A stretch of DNA of 49,220 nucleotides. Source: Candidatus Krumholzibacteriia bacterium (GTDB lineage: Bacteria > Krumholzibacteriota > Krumholzibacteriia > WVZY01). A program made the translations under genes and the position numbers. This document shows, piece after piece, positions 17,440-26,151 of this stretch. Numbering within the stretch: position 1 is the stretch's first letter; every line of letters starts with the position of its first letter. A model generated the notes under the pieces. That model was not told the DNA's origin, did not search any database, and was given only the letters and a program-made list of their open reading frames with translations. The stretch spans positions 1 to 49,220 of the forward strand of contig JAZGDW010000301.1 in the NCBI GenBank assembly GCA_036478295.1. The letters are read 5' to 3'.

Positions 17440-18846
17440 GTGAAATTGGCAAATCGTGTGAATAGAACGTTGATCATTGGTATCGTTGGTGGCTCGCTTG
17501 CTTTTCTGGCATGTGGATGTGCACGTGGCGGTGACGATGCGAAGACTTCGGGACTGGTGCGATCGGTATTGTCCAATGGTCTGACGGTGATCGTCCAACC
17601 TGTCGCTGGAACGAAACGCGTGGGGGTTGAGTTCATCTACCGCGCGGGCATTGTTGATGAGCCGGAGGGCCGTACTCAAATCGCGCATTTTGTCGAGCAC
17701 CTGGCCTGCAAGTCTCCGACCGAGACCTACCGGGCGGGCGAATCATGGAATCTGCTACAGGAAAAGGGTGCCGCGAACGCCGAAACCCTGCCCACGTTTA
17801 CACATTACGATTACGGCGTGGCGGCGGCCGACCTCGAGCTGGTGATGAAAATTGAAGCGGACCGACTGCGGGCCCTGCGTTTGGACCCGGAGGTTAACAA
17901 GCGCGAGGCGTCCTACTGCTACTCGGAAATAAACAACCTGCAAAAAATGGAGAATGCCCCGGTGGTGAAATTCGCCACCATGGCTGCCAACCAGTCATGG
18001 AGGTTCGGCAGCGAACGCGCCAACGTCGCCAGCGGTCTGGAAACGATCCCGATGGAGGAAATCGCGGCTTTCTACCGTGCTAATTATCATCCGGGCAACC
18101 TGGTGATTGTCGTGAGCGGGGGGGCGTCGCCGGATAACGTGCTGCGATTGGTCAAGAAACACTTTGAGAACCTCAACCTGCCCGCCCCGCCGCCCCGTGA
18201 GCCTGTCGACTGGAGCAGCCTCCCGCCGGTCGGCGTCATAACATGGGACAGCTCGGTGACCGGCGTGTTCGTCTGGTTCGAACCCCCGGGCGACCCGCTG
18301 GACCGGGTGATTCTGAGCTTGTGGGGTAACCTGGCAAGGTTGCACTTGAGCCAGGACGTCGAGATCAACGCCGTCGTCAGGTTCATCATGACGCCAAGTC
18401 ACATCTGGCCCGTGGGCCGGTTGCCATTCTTCGTCTACGCGTCGGTCGGACCGGGATACAACGCTGACCAGGTTCACCGGGCGATCAGTGACCGGGTGGA
18501 GCACCTCAAGAAGGAGATAATGGAGTCCGTTGATGTACCGCAGTTTCAAACCCTGGTCGATCAGTTGGCCTTTCAGAGCACGCTGAGCCAGCAGGCCATT
18601 GCGGCACAGTTGCAGTTTCTCACCGAGCAGCGGGGCATGGCGGACGACCGCGCGATGGAGCAGATCCTCCTGCAACACTCGATGAACCTCGGCGTGCGGG
18701 ATGTCTTTCTCGGTGGAGACGTCGACGCCCGGTTGGCGGAACTGCGTCTTGTGGACGCGAGCCGGCTGAGTTCGCTGATCGAGCGCTGCCTCGATCCCGC
18801 CGGGCGGCACGTGACGATTGTGCGCGCCGCCGGTGACGGTCGCTGA
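17440..18846 (+). CDS. M16 family (insulinase-like) zinc peptidase, probably exported
   Basis: LSNGLTV, inverted zincin motif HFVEH, ANAET, IEADRL and FYRANYHPGN. GTG at 17440 after GGAGG. Confidence 0.85.
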   Translation: MKLANRVNRTLIIGIVGGSLAFLACGCARGGDDAKTSGLVRSVLSNGLTVIVQPVAGTKRVGVEFIYRAGIVDEPEGRTQIAHFVEHLACKSPTETYRAGESWNLLQEKGAANAETLPTFTHYDYGVAAADLELVMKIEADRLRALRLDPEVNKREASYCYSEINNLQKMENAPVVKFATMAANQSWRFGSERANVASGLETIPMEEIAAFYRANYHPGNLVIVVSGGASPDNVLRLVKKHFENLNLPAPPPREPVDWSSLPPVGVITWDSSVTGVFVWFEPPGDPLDRVILSLWGNLARLHLSQDVEINAVVRFIMTPSHIWPVGRLPFFVYASVGPGYNADQVHRAISDRVEHLKKEIMESVDVPQFQTLVDQLAFQSTLSQQAIAAQLQFLTEQRGMADDRAMEQILLQHSMNLGVRDVFLGGDVDARLAELRLVDASRLSSLIERCLDPAGRHVTIVRAAGDGR

Positions 18847-18864
18847 GCGTTCCACGCTGGTTGA

Positions 18865-19087
18865 GTAGTGGCCCGTCGGCTGGCCACCGGCCCACGCTCC
18901 GCTTCGCTCGGCTATCCGCCTCCGGCGGATGATCCTCGCTCGCTCCCGCAATGGACCTGCGACCAGCCGACGCGCCACCACTCCTCATCCTTCCCGCGTT
19001 GGGGCCTGCGACCAGCCGACGGCCCACCACCCTTATCCTTCCCGCACGGGGGCCTGCGACCAGCCGACGGGTCACCACTCCTCATCC
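18865..19087. repeat. REP/BIME-like cluster: one inverted unit, a small hairpin and three tandem 48-49-bp units
   Basis: Core CCTGCGACCAGCCGACG at 18956, 19005 and 19053. Inverted copy GTAGTGGCCCGTCGGCTGGCCACCGGCCCAC at 18865-18895. ATCCGCC-TCC-GGCGGAT at 18914-18930. Confidence 0.85.
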
Positions 19088-19099
19088 GTGACCTTCCTG

Positions 19100-19108
19100 T
19101 GGTATAAT
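19100..19108 (+). promoter_or_regulatory. Extended -10 promoter (TGnTATAAT) of ispH
   Basis: TGGTATAAT is a perfect match. ATG at 19116 follows after a 7-nt gap. Confidence 0.7.
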
Positions 19109-19115
19109 GACAACC

Positions 19116-20354
19116 ATGGCACGCAAATTCGATATGCCGATCTTCTATGCCGGCGCGGTGATTTCGCGGGTCAAGCGCGCGCGGGAACTCGCGGACCCCC
19201 GCAAGCACGACCTCTCACCCACCGTGCTCGATTTCGGCCCGGTAAGGATGATCCTGGCGCGCCATTTCGGCTTTTGCTACGGCGTGGAGAACGCGGTCGA
19301 GATAGCGTACAAGACCCTGGAAACGCATGCCGACCGCCGGATCTTCTTTTTGAGCGAAATGATCCACAATCCGCGGGTCAACGGTGACCTCAAGAAGCGG
19401 GGCGTGCGTTTCATTTTCACACCGCCGGGTGAGCAGCTGGTCCCGTGGGACGAGCTGACGGGTGAGGACATCGTCGTCGTACCCGCCTTCGGGACGACGT
19501 TGGAGATGCAGGCGAAGCTCGCCGAACGGGGTATCGACCCCTATACGTACGACACCACCTGCCCGTTCGTGGAAAAGGTGTGGAAGCGAAGCGCCCAGCT
19601 GGGCAAAAAAAAGTTCTCAGTGGTAGTGCACGGCAAGGATACGCACGAAGAGACGCGGGCGACCTTCTCACACAGCGTGCGCGGAGCGCCGACGGTGGTG
19701 GTGCGCCATCTGGAGGAGGCGCACGTTCTTGCCGATATCATAAAGGGCAAGCAGGGGCGCGAAGCGTTCGAGCGGCACTTTCGTCACAAGTGTTCGGAGG
19801 GGTTCGACCCCGAGCGTGACCTGCAACGGGTTGGCGTCGTCAACCAGACGACGATGCTGGCGACGGAAACGCGTGAGATCGCGAAGGTCCTGCGTAACGC
19901 GCTCGCCGAACGATACGGCAGCGAGCACATCGAACGTCACTTTGCCGATACCTCGGATACACTCTGCTACGCGACTAACGAGAACCAGAACGCCACCTAC
20001 GCCTTGATCGAGCGTGGCGCCGACCTGACGCTAGTCGTCGGCGGATACAACTCTTCCAACACTTCGCACATTGTGGAACTCTGCAGCGATGCCATGCCGA
20101 CCTATTTTATCCAGGGCGCCGAAGAAATCATTTCCGGCCGGTCCATTCGCCACTTCCAGCTGGGGACGCGGAAAACGGAAACCGCCGAAGGCTGGCTACC
20201 GGACAAGCGCCCGCTCGATGTGGTGCTGACTTGCGGGGCGTCATGTCCCGATGCCATTCTTGACGGCGTGTTGTTTCGCGTCCTGTCCTTGTTCGAGCGA
20301 ACCCGCGAGGTAGAAGCGGTTCTGGCCGAATACACCGCCGTCGACGAGGGGTGA
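19116..20354 (+). CDS. ispH: 4-hydroxy-3-methylbut-2-enyl diphosphate reductase (long form)
   Basis: FGFCYGV, IHNP, DTTCPFV, NQTT, DTLCYAT and VVGGYNSSNT. Confidence 0.96.
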   Translation: MARKFDMPIFYAGAVISRVKRARELADPRKHDLSPTVLDFGPVRMILARHFGFCYGVENAVEIAYKTLETHADRRIFFLSEMIHNPRVNGDLKKRGVRFIFTPPGEQLVPWDELTGEDIVVVPAFGTTLEMQAKLAERGIDPYTYDTTCPFVEKVWKRSAQLGKKKFSVVVHGKDTHEETRATFSHSVRGAPTVVVRHLEEAHVLADIIKGKQGREAFERHFRHKCSEGFDPERDLQRVGVVNQTTMLATETREIAKVLRNALAERYGSEHIERHFADTSDTLCYATNENQNATYALIERGADLTLVVGGYNSSNTSHIVELCSDAMPTYFIQGAEEIISGRSIRHFQLGTRKTETAEGWLPDKRPLDVVLTCGASCPDAILDGVLFRVLSLFERTREVEAVLAEYTAVDEG

Positions 20355-20363
20355 CCTCACGAA

Positions 20364-21878
20364 ATGTCCTGGAGAACCACCAGAGGTTGTCTTCGCCCGG
20401 TGCTTTGCGCTGCGGTTGCAGCCGCGTCGATGGCTGCGCCCGTACGCGCTCCGGCGCAGGTTCCCCAGTTCATTCTGGAATGGGGTTCGTTCGGCACCGC
20501 CGACGGGCAGTTTAAGGTTGCGCGACGCCTGGCCGTCGGTCCGGACGGAAGCGTGTTCGTCGCCGACCGCAACAACGCCCGCATCCAGAAATTCACCGGC
20601 GGCGGCGTTTTCATCACCAAGTGGGGCTCGGCGGGCTCCGGTGACGGGCAGTTCGATTTTCCGTTCGGCGTTGCGGTCGATGACAGCGGACACGTCTACG
20701 TCGGCGAGCGCAATAACAACCGCATCCAGAAATTTACCAGCGAGGGTGTCTTTCTTTTGAAATGGGGCACGCCGGGTAACGGTGACGGTGAGTTCAATTT
20801 TCCCGTCGGTGTCGCTGTCGGGCCGAGTGGTAATGTCTATGTCGCGGATTCGTTCAACAACCGCATCCAGAAATTTACCGGTGGCGGCACATTCATCACG
20901 AAATGGGGATCGTTTGGCAGTGGTAATGGCCAGTTCGACAGTCCGGTGACACTTGCCGTGGACGGACAGGAGAACGTGTACGTGGGCGACGCGTTCAATT
21001 TTCGCATTCAGAAATTTGCCGGCGACGGGACTTTCATTACCAAGTGGGGTTCGGAGGGCGATGGGGACGGCCAGTTCGGGGCGCCGCGCGGCATCGGTGT
21101 GGATAGGGACGACAACATCTACGTCGTCGACCAGATCGTCAGCCGCGTCCAGAAGTTCACCAGCGACGGGGACTTTCTTCTCGAGTGGGGCATGCCCGGC
21201 TCCGGGGACGGCCAGTTCGGACGGCCGGAGGATTGTGACGTGGACGACACCGGCAATATCTTCGTGACCGACCCCAGCAACGACCGTATCCAGAAGTTCG
21301 GCGTCGAGATCGTACCCGTTACCCTGGTCTTCTTTTCAGTGCAGCGGTCCGCGGAGGGTGCGGTCGTGAAATGGCGCGTGCACGATTTTGCCGCCGAATA
21401 CGTGGAGTTCCACGTGTACCGCAACGCGCCGGGACAAGCGCGAACTCCGATTACCACCACTCCGCTCGCCGGCCAAGAAACCTACCGCCACGTCGATCCC
21501 GCTCCGCCCCGTGGGGGAGCCGATTACTGGCTGCAGGAGATCGGGAGCCTCGGCACGGAATACTGGCACGGTCCCGTGCCGCTCGCCCCGGCGCTGGAAT
21601 CCGGACTCATCCTCGCCCCCAATTACCCCAACCCGTTCAACCCCGTCACGATGATCCGCTACACGCTGCCGGCGGATGCCCGCGTAACGCTGACGATCCA
21701 TGATGCGGTGGGCCGTCGCATCCGGATGCTGGTGGATGGCGATCAGGCGGCGGATACGTACGAGGTCGAGTGGAACGGAAGGGACGACCGTGGCGCGGTC
21801 GTACCGAGCGGGGTCTATTTCTCGCGGCTACGCACGGGGTCGAACCGGCAGACGCGTAAGATGGTCCTGTTGAAGTAG
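20364..21878 (+). CDS. Secreted six-bladed NHL-repeat beta-propeller with a C-terminal FlgD-Ig/T9SS-CTD-like domain
   Basis: Signal peptide. Six R[IV]QKF repeats with an exact 141-bp period (20580, 20721, 20862, 21003, 21144, 21285). NYPNPFNP...WNGRD..G...SGVYF...KMVLLK tail. Confidence 0.92.
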   Translation: MSWRTTRGCLRPVLCAAVAAASMAAPVRAPAQVPQFILEWGSFGTADGQFKVARRLAVGPDGSVFVADRNNARIQKFTGGGVFITKWGSAGSGDGQFDFPFGVAVDDSGHVYVGERNNNRIQKFTSEGVFLLKWGTPGNGDGEFNFPVGVAVGPSGNVYVADSFNNRIQKFTGGGTFITKWGSFGSGNGQFDSPVTLAVDGQENVYVGDAFNFRIQKFAGDGTFITKWGSEGDGDGQFGAPRGIGVDRDDNIYVVDQIVSRVQKFTSDGDFLLEWGMPGSGDGQFGRPEDCDVDDTGNIFVTDPSNDRIQKFGVEIVPVTLVFFSVQRSAEGAVVKWRVHDFAAEYVEFHVYRNAPGQARTPITTTPLAGQETYRHVDPAPPRGGADYWLQEIGSLGTEYWHGPVPLAPALESGLILAPNYPNPFNPVTMIRYTLPADARVTLTIHDAVGRRIRMLVDGDQAADTYEVEWNGRDDRGAVVPSGVYFSRLRTGSNRQTRKMVLLK

Positions 21879-22037
21879 CGGCGCCGCAGTTGCTCTGCGG
21901 CCGAAGCTGCCCGAGCAAGCTGTGTTTCACACCATCGATTTCGCCATCCGTTTTTGCCTTCCAGCGCGGATTATGTTATCTTTTCCTTCGAAAAGCGGGC
22001 GGCCGTAAAGGACCTGGCTTCGAGCAAGGGAGGAACC

Positions 22038-22385
22038 GTGGATATCCATCAGAGCAATCTGGATGACGTGACCATCCTGCACCTTTCCGGCGACGTGTGG
22101 GGAAAGTCCGATGAGCCCGAGAAGTTCCGTGCGACCGTCGAGCAGCTCGTCACCGACGGCAAGCTCCAGGTGGTACTCAACCTGTCGCAGGTGAGCCTCA
22201 TTTCGAGCGTCGGCCTCGGTATGCTCATATCGGGGTACAAGATTCTGAACGGCAGTGGCGGTAACATGGCGATCGCACAGCCCAGCGATCCTATAAAGCC
22301 GGTCTTTCGGGTTTTCGAGTCGCCCATTCAGTGTTTCGACGCGGAGGACGACGCCATCGCTTTTCTCCGCGGCGGGGCCGCTTGA
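22038..22385 (+). CDS. STAS-domain anti-sigma-factor antagonist
   Basis: GGAGG RBS with GTG at 22038. ILHLSGD and VVLNLSQVSLISSVGLGML. Confidence 0.88.
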   Translation: MDIHQSNLDDVTILHLSGDVWGKSDEPEKFRATVEQLVTDGKLQVVLNLSQVSLISSVGLGMLISGYKILNGSGGNMAIAQPSDPIKPVFRVFESPIQCFDAEDDAIAFLRGGAA

Positions 22386-22416
22386 AGCGAACGCCGGCGC
22401 CCGCCTGAGTGAGCTG

Positions 22417-23235
22417 ATGGCTGATCAGTCCTGCCCAAACTGCGCCGACGCTTCCGCGCGGCGGGTGTTTTCGATCCGGCCAGGCAACGACGTGGTTCGT
22501 TGTACAGGCTGCGATCTCCAGTTCGCCCGTTTCTACCCCGACATCGACACCGCCGACGAGGAGATCTACTCTTTCCGGTATTTCAAACCCGCGATCGATA
22601 ATCAGGACAACAGAGAAAAAATCTTCACCGAGCTCCTCCGTGAAGTGGAATCGGTCGTCGGCCGCAAAGGGCGGCTGCTCGACGTCGGCGCCGGAGAGGG
22701 CACGCTTCTCGTCGCCGCGGTCAAGCGCGGATGGCACGCGGAAGGCACCGACATCTCGTCGGTCATGGTGCGGCACATCCGCGAGAAGCTGGAGCTGACC
22801 GCCCACCGGGGGGTGCTGGAAGAGGTCGACCTGCCCGAGCGGTCTTTCGATGCGGTAGTCATGAACCACGTTCTCGAGCACGTGCAGAATCCGCGCAGTA
22901 CGCTGGAGGCGGTGGCGCGCCTCCTTCGCGACGGAGGGGTGGCGCGCGTCGAAGTGCCGAACCTGGCCAGCCTCTCGTCGCGCGGTAAGACCTTTCAGAG
23001 CCGCCTCAAGCTCAAGAAAAACCCGTGGAGGCACTACGATACCGGACACCACTTCTGGTATTTCACGCCGGCGACGCTCACGGGTATCCTCGAAGCAGCG
23101 GGACTGCGGGTGATCCGCTTGAGCACCCCCGCCAGGCAGTGGGGAGGAATGAGCCTCTTCGACCGCATCGCCAACCGAATCTACAGGCGTCCCCTCCTCG
23201 GCGGACACCTCGTGGCCTATGCGCGGCGGAGGTGA
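22417..23235 (+). CDS. Class I SAM-dependent methyltransferase with N-terminal Zn ribbon
   Basis: CPNC..CTGC, LLDVGAGEG, HVLEH, EVPN and HFWYF. Confidence 0.9.
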   Translation: MADQSCPNCADASARRVFSIRPGNDVVRCTGCDLQFARFYPDIDTADEEIYSFRYFKPAIDNQDNREKIFTELLREVESVVGRKGRLLDVGAGEGTLLVAAVKRGWHAEGTDISSVMVRHIREKLELTAHRGVLEEVDLPERSFDAVVMNHVLEHVQNPRSTLEAVARLLRDGGVARVEVPNLASLSSRGKTFQSRLKLKKNPWRHYDTGHHFWYFTPATLTGILEAAGLRVIRLSTPARQWGGMSLFDRIANRIYRRPLLGGHLVAYARRR

Positions 23236-23362
23236 GGTAACGGAAAAGGGTTTTGCCGGTGCCACCCCGTATTTTCGGGGCGAAAAGTTTCTGCTACCAT
23301 TCTCGGACCTTTGAGTTACAATCTGTTCAGTACTCAATCCACAACAAAAAGAGGAGGAGAGA

Positions 23363-23830
23363 ATGCTACGCCTTATGATCACACTCTCACTGGTGGCGCT
23401 GCTCGTGACCGCCGCCGGAGCTACGGGAGAAAAACCCTGGTTTGACATGGAGAACTGCGCCATGTGCAAGGGCTTCACGAGCAAAGCAGGGCTAATGGAG
23501 AATGTCACGTGGGAGCACCACGACATCTCCAATGGGATCCTCTCGGTGACCGTGGTAAACGAGAAATATCTCGATGCCTACCGGGCCGCGCATGCTGAAA
23601 TGGACAAAACCGTCATGCTGCTGCAGAAGGGTGAGATGGTCGAGATGTGCGGCAGTTGTACCGCGATCGGTGCGTGTATGATGAAGGGGGCCAAACAGGA
23701 GTACGTGGAAACGTCGAGCGGAGACGTATGGATCGTCACTTCGGATAAGGCCGAGGTCGTCGCCGAGCTGCAAAGCTGGGCGAAGCGCAGCAAGGAAGAA
23801 ACGGCGAAGATGAAGGCAACCAAAGGCTAG
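23363..23830 (+). CDS. Exported hypothetical protein with two CxxC motifs
   Basis: GAGGAG RBS, signal peptide, CAMC and CGSC. Followed by a terminator. Confidence 0.82.
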   Translation: MLRLMITLSLVALLVTAAGATGEKPWFDMENCAMCKGFTSKAGLMENVTWEHHDISNGILSVTVVNEKYLDAYRAAHAEMDKTVMLLQKGEMVEMCGSCTAIGACMMKGAKQEYVETSSGDVWIVTSDKAEVVAELQSWAKRSKEETAKMKATKG

Positions 23831-23855
23831 CGGGTCCCGTGTACCAAGGAGTTCA

Positions 23856-23885
23856 AAGGCGCCCGGTGTTTCCGCCGGGCGCCTT
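23856..23885. terminator. Intrinsic terminator hairpin between convergent genes
   Basis: AAGGCGCCCGG-8 nt-CCGGGCGCCTT. Confidence 0.75.
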
Positions 23886-23923
23886 CGCTTTGTCACTCGC
23901 ATTGCGCAGCGAACCGCCGCTGC

Positions 23924-25001
23924 TCAGCCGCCGACGCCTGCCGGCCGCCGCGTGCCATCGGGGCGGGCAATCATCTCCGGTGAGTTAGCCTTTGCGGTGG
24001 CTTCCTCGTAGGTAATCTGCTTCGCCGTCACCAGCACGTTCAGGTGATCCTCGAGCGTTTGCATTCCGTGTCTCTTGCCGGTTTGCATGGCCGTGAGCAG
24101 CTGGGCCATCTTGTTCTCGCGAATGATGGCGCGCACCGCATCCGTCGCGACGAGGATCTCGACCGCCGCCACGCGCCCGCCCCCGATCTTCGGGAGCAGA
24201 GTCTGCGAGATGATACCCTGGATGGTGCCGGCGAGCTGCATACGGATCTGGGTTTGCTGCTCATGCGGAAAAACGTTGACGATGCGGTCGATCGATTTCA
24301 TCGCGCTTGTAGTATGCAACGTCGCCAGCACCAGGTGGCCGGTTTCCGCCGCGGTCACGGCCAGTGCAATGGTCTCGAGGTCGCGCATCTCTCCGATGAG
24401 GATGACGTCGGGATCCTGGCGCAGCGCGCGGCGCAGGGCCTCGTTGAAGTCTGCCGTGTCCGAACCGACCTCCCGCTGGTTGATGTAGCACTTCTTGTCG
24501 CGGTGCAGGAATTCGATGGGATCCTCCATGGTGAGCACGTGGCCGTGCTCCGTGTTGTTGATAAGATCGATCATCGCAGCCAGGGTGGTCGATTTGCCGC
24601 TCCCCGTGGGCCCGGTCACCAGGACGAGACCGCGTGGCTTCAGTGCAAGGTCCCGGCAAATCCCCGGAAACCCCAACTCCTGCAGCGTGGGGATCCTCTC
24701 GGGGATATGACGCATGATGAGAGAGACCGAACCGCGCTGGCGCATGACGTTCACACGGAAACGGGCGACGCCGGAGATGGAGTACGAGAAGTCCAGGTCG
24801 CCGCATGCTTCAAACGTCTGCCATTGCTCTTCACTGAGCAACGCCTGGGCGATCGCCAGGCGTGTGTTCCGGACGGAGCGCCGCTTCCCCCTCCGGCCGC
24901 AACTGCCCCGCGATGCGCACCCCGGGCGGCATGCCAACCTTCAAATGGGCATCGCTGCCGCCGCGTTCGACCATCTGTTTGAGGAACTCGTCTACCTTCA
25001 T
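23924..25001 (-). pseudogene. pilT: Type IV pilus retraction ATPase PilT with a +1 frameshift near 24860
   Basis: ATG at 25001 (AAGGAG RBS) gives MKVDEFLKQMVERGGSDAHLKVGMPP...RPEHT, which stops at 24831-24833. The body (GPTGSGKST, EDPIE, ILIGEMRD, HLVLATLH, AVRAIIRE) lies in another frame. Removing one base at 24859-24860 gives a 358-aa protein. Confidence 0.9.
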
Positions 25002-25044
25002 CGCACGGTCTCCTTAGCATGAATACGTAGTCGGGAATCCCGAG

Positions 25045-25060
25045 CGCAAACTCCGTGCCA
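25045..25060 (-). promoter_or_regulatory. Sigma-54 (-24/-12) promoter of pilT
   Basis: The minus strand reads TGGCACGGAGTTTGCG, i.e. GG-N10-GC matching TGGCACG-N4-TTGC. Confidence 0.8.
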
Positions 25061-25127
25061 GTCCCCATGCCGTCGCGCGTGAAGGTGCCGGTGGGGAGCG
25101 CCGTACCGGCCCGGATGCCGAAACCCG

Positions 25128-25156
25128 TTGACTTTACTAGTAGTTTCACATATTCT
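25128..25156 (+). promoter_or_regulatory. Putative sigma-70 promoter of the nucleotide-sugar operon
   Basis: TTGACT-17 nt-TATTCT. Confidence 0.65.
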
Positions 25157-25194
25157 CGCCAAATACGTTTGTCGCTTTTTAGAAAGGATTCACC

Positions 25195-26145
25195 ATGAAA
25201 GCCCTCATCACCGGCATCACGGGATTTGCCGGCAGCCATTTGGCCGACTACTGCCTCGAGCGTGAAGGGGTCGACGTCTACGGGATGATCCGCTGGCGCA
25301 GCCGGACAGAAAATATCGAGCACCTCGAGGGCAAGGTCAAGCTGGTGGAGTGCGACTTACGTGATGCCACCTCCACCCGCAGCGTGATCGAGGAAATTCG
25401 CCCGGACTACATTTTTCACCTGGCCGCCCAGAGCTACGTGCCCACAAGCTGGCGCGCGCCGAGCGAGAGCCTGACGACCAACGTCATCGGCGAGCTCAAT
25501 ATCTTCGAGGCGGCGCGCAAGATCGATCTCAAGTGCCGTATCCAGGTGGCGTGCTCGAGCGAGGAGTACGGCCTGGTGCACGAGGACGAACTACCCATAA
25601 GGGAATCCAATCCGTTGAGACCGCTGAGCCCGTACGCGGTCAGCAAAGTCGGCCAGGACATGCTGGGTTACCAGTACCATAAGAGCTACAACATGGATAT
25701 CGTACGCACGCGTAGCTTCAACCACACGGGTCCCCGTCGCGGCCCGGTGTTCGTCGTATCGGATTTCGCCAAGCAAATCGCCGATATCGAAAGGGGACAG
25801 AGAGAACCGGTCATGTATACCGGCAACCTGGAAGCGAGTCGTGATTTCAGCGATGTACGCGACATCGTGAAGGCGTACTTCCTGTCGCTCGAAAAAGGCA
25901 AGGCCGGCGAAGTGTACAACATCTGCGCCGAAAAGGCGTGGACCATCCGCGAGATGCTCGACATGCTGCTCTCGATGACCGACGCGAAAATCGAAATCAA
26001 AAAGGATCCCAATCGCTTGCGCCCTTCCGACGTGCCGAGGCTGCTGGGAGACTGTTCGAAGTTCCGAAAGGATACCGGCTGGAAGCCGGAGATCCCCTTC
26101 GAGACCACGCTGCGGGATACGCTCGATTTCTGGAGAAAAAGGTAG
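25195..26145 (+). CDS. GDP-mannose 4,6-dehydratase / GDP-4-keto-6-deoxymannose reductase family SDR
   Basis: TGITGFAG, HLAAQSYV, SPYAVSK, FNHTGP and RLRPSDV. Confidence 0.9.
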   Translation: MKALITGITGFAGSHLADYCLEREGVDVYGMIRWRSRTENIEHLEGKVKLVECDLRDATSTRSVIEEIRPDYIFHLAAQSYVPTSWRAPSESLTTNVIGELNIFEAARKIDLKCRIQVACSSEEYGLVHEDELPIRESNPLRPLSPYAVSKVGQDMLGYQYHKSYNMDIVRTRSFNHTGPRRGPVFVVSDFAKQIADIERGQREPVMYTGNLEASRDFSDVRDIVKAYFLSLEKGKAGEVYNICAEKAWTIREMLDMLLSMTDAKIEIKKDPNRLRPSDVPRLLGDCSKFRKDTGWKPEIPFETTLRDTLDFWRKR

Positions 26146-26151
26146 CCAGCC

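Noticed and set aside
18944..19087. Possible mini CRISPR array
   Set aside because: The sequences between the 17-bp cores resemble each other rather than being unique spacers. The period is only 48-49 bp and there are no cas genes in the window.
18868..19387. ORFs 18868-19107, 18912-19208, 18929-19387 and 18620-19078 spanning the repeat cluster
   Set aside because: They are translations of the DNA repeats, lack convincing RBSs and overlap ispH or the peptidase.
20480..21300. 141-bp tandem DNA repeats as a mobile or non-coding array
   Set aside because: Fully explained by the in-frame 47-aa NHL blades.
23363..23830. Cytochrome c call for the exported Cys-rich protein
   Set aside because: The motifs are CAMCK and CGSCT, with no CxxCH.
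23924..24937. ORF-track PilT start at 24937 (MACRPGCASR...)
   Set aside because: That N-terminus is an out-of-frame artefact. The real SD.HL-containing N-terminus starts at 25001 in another frame.
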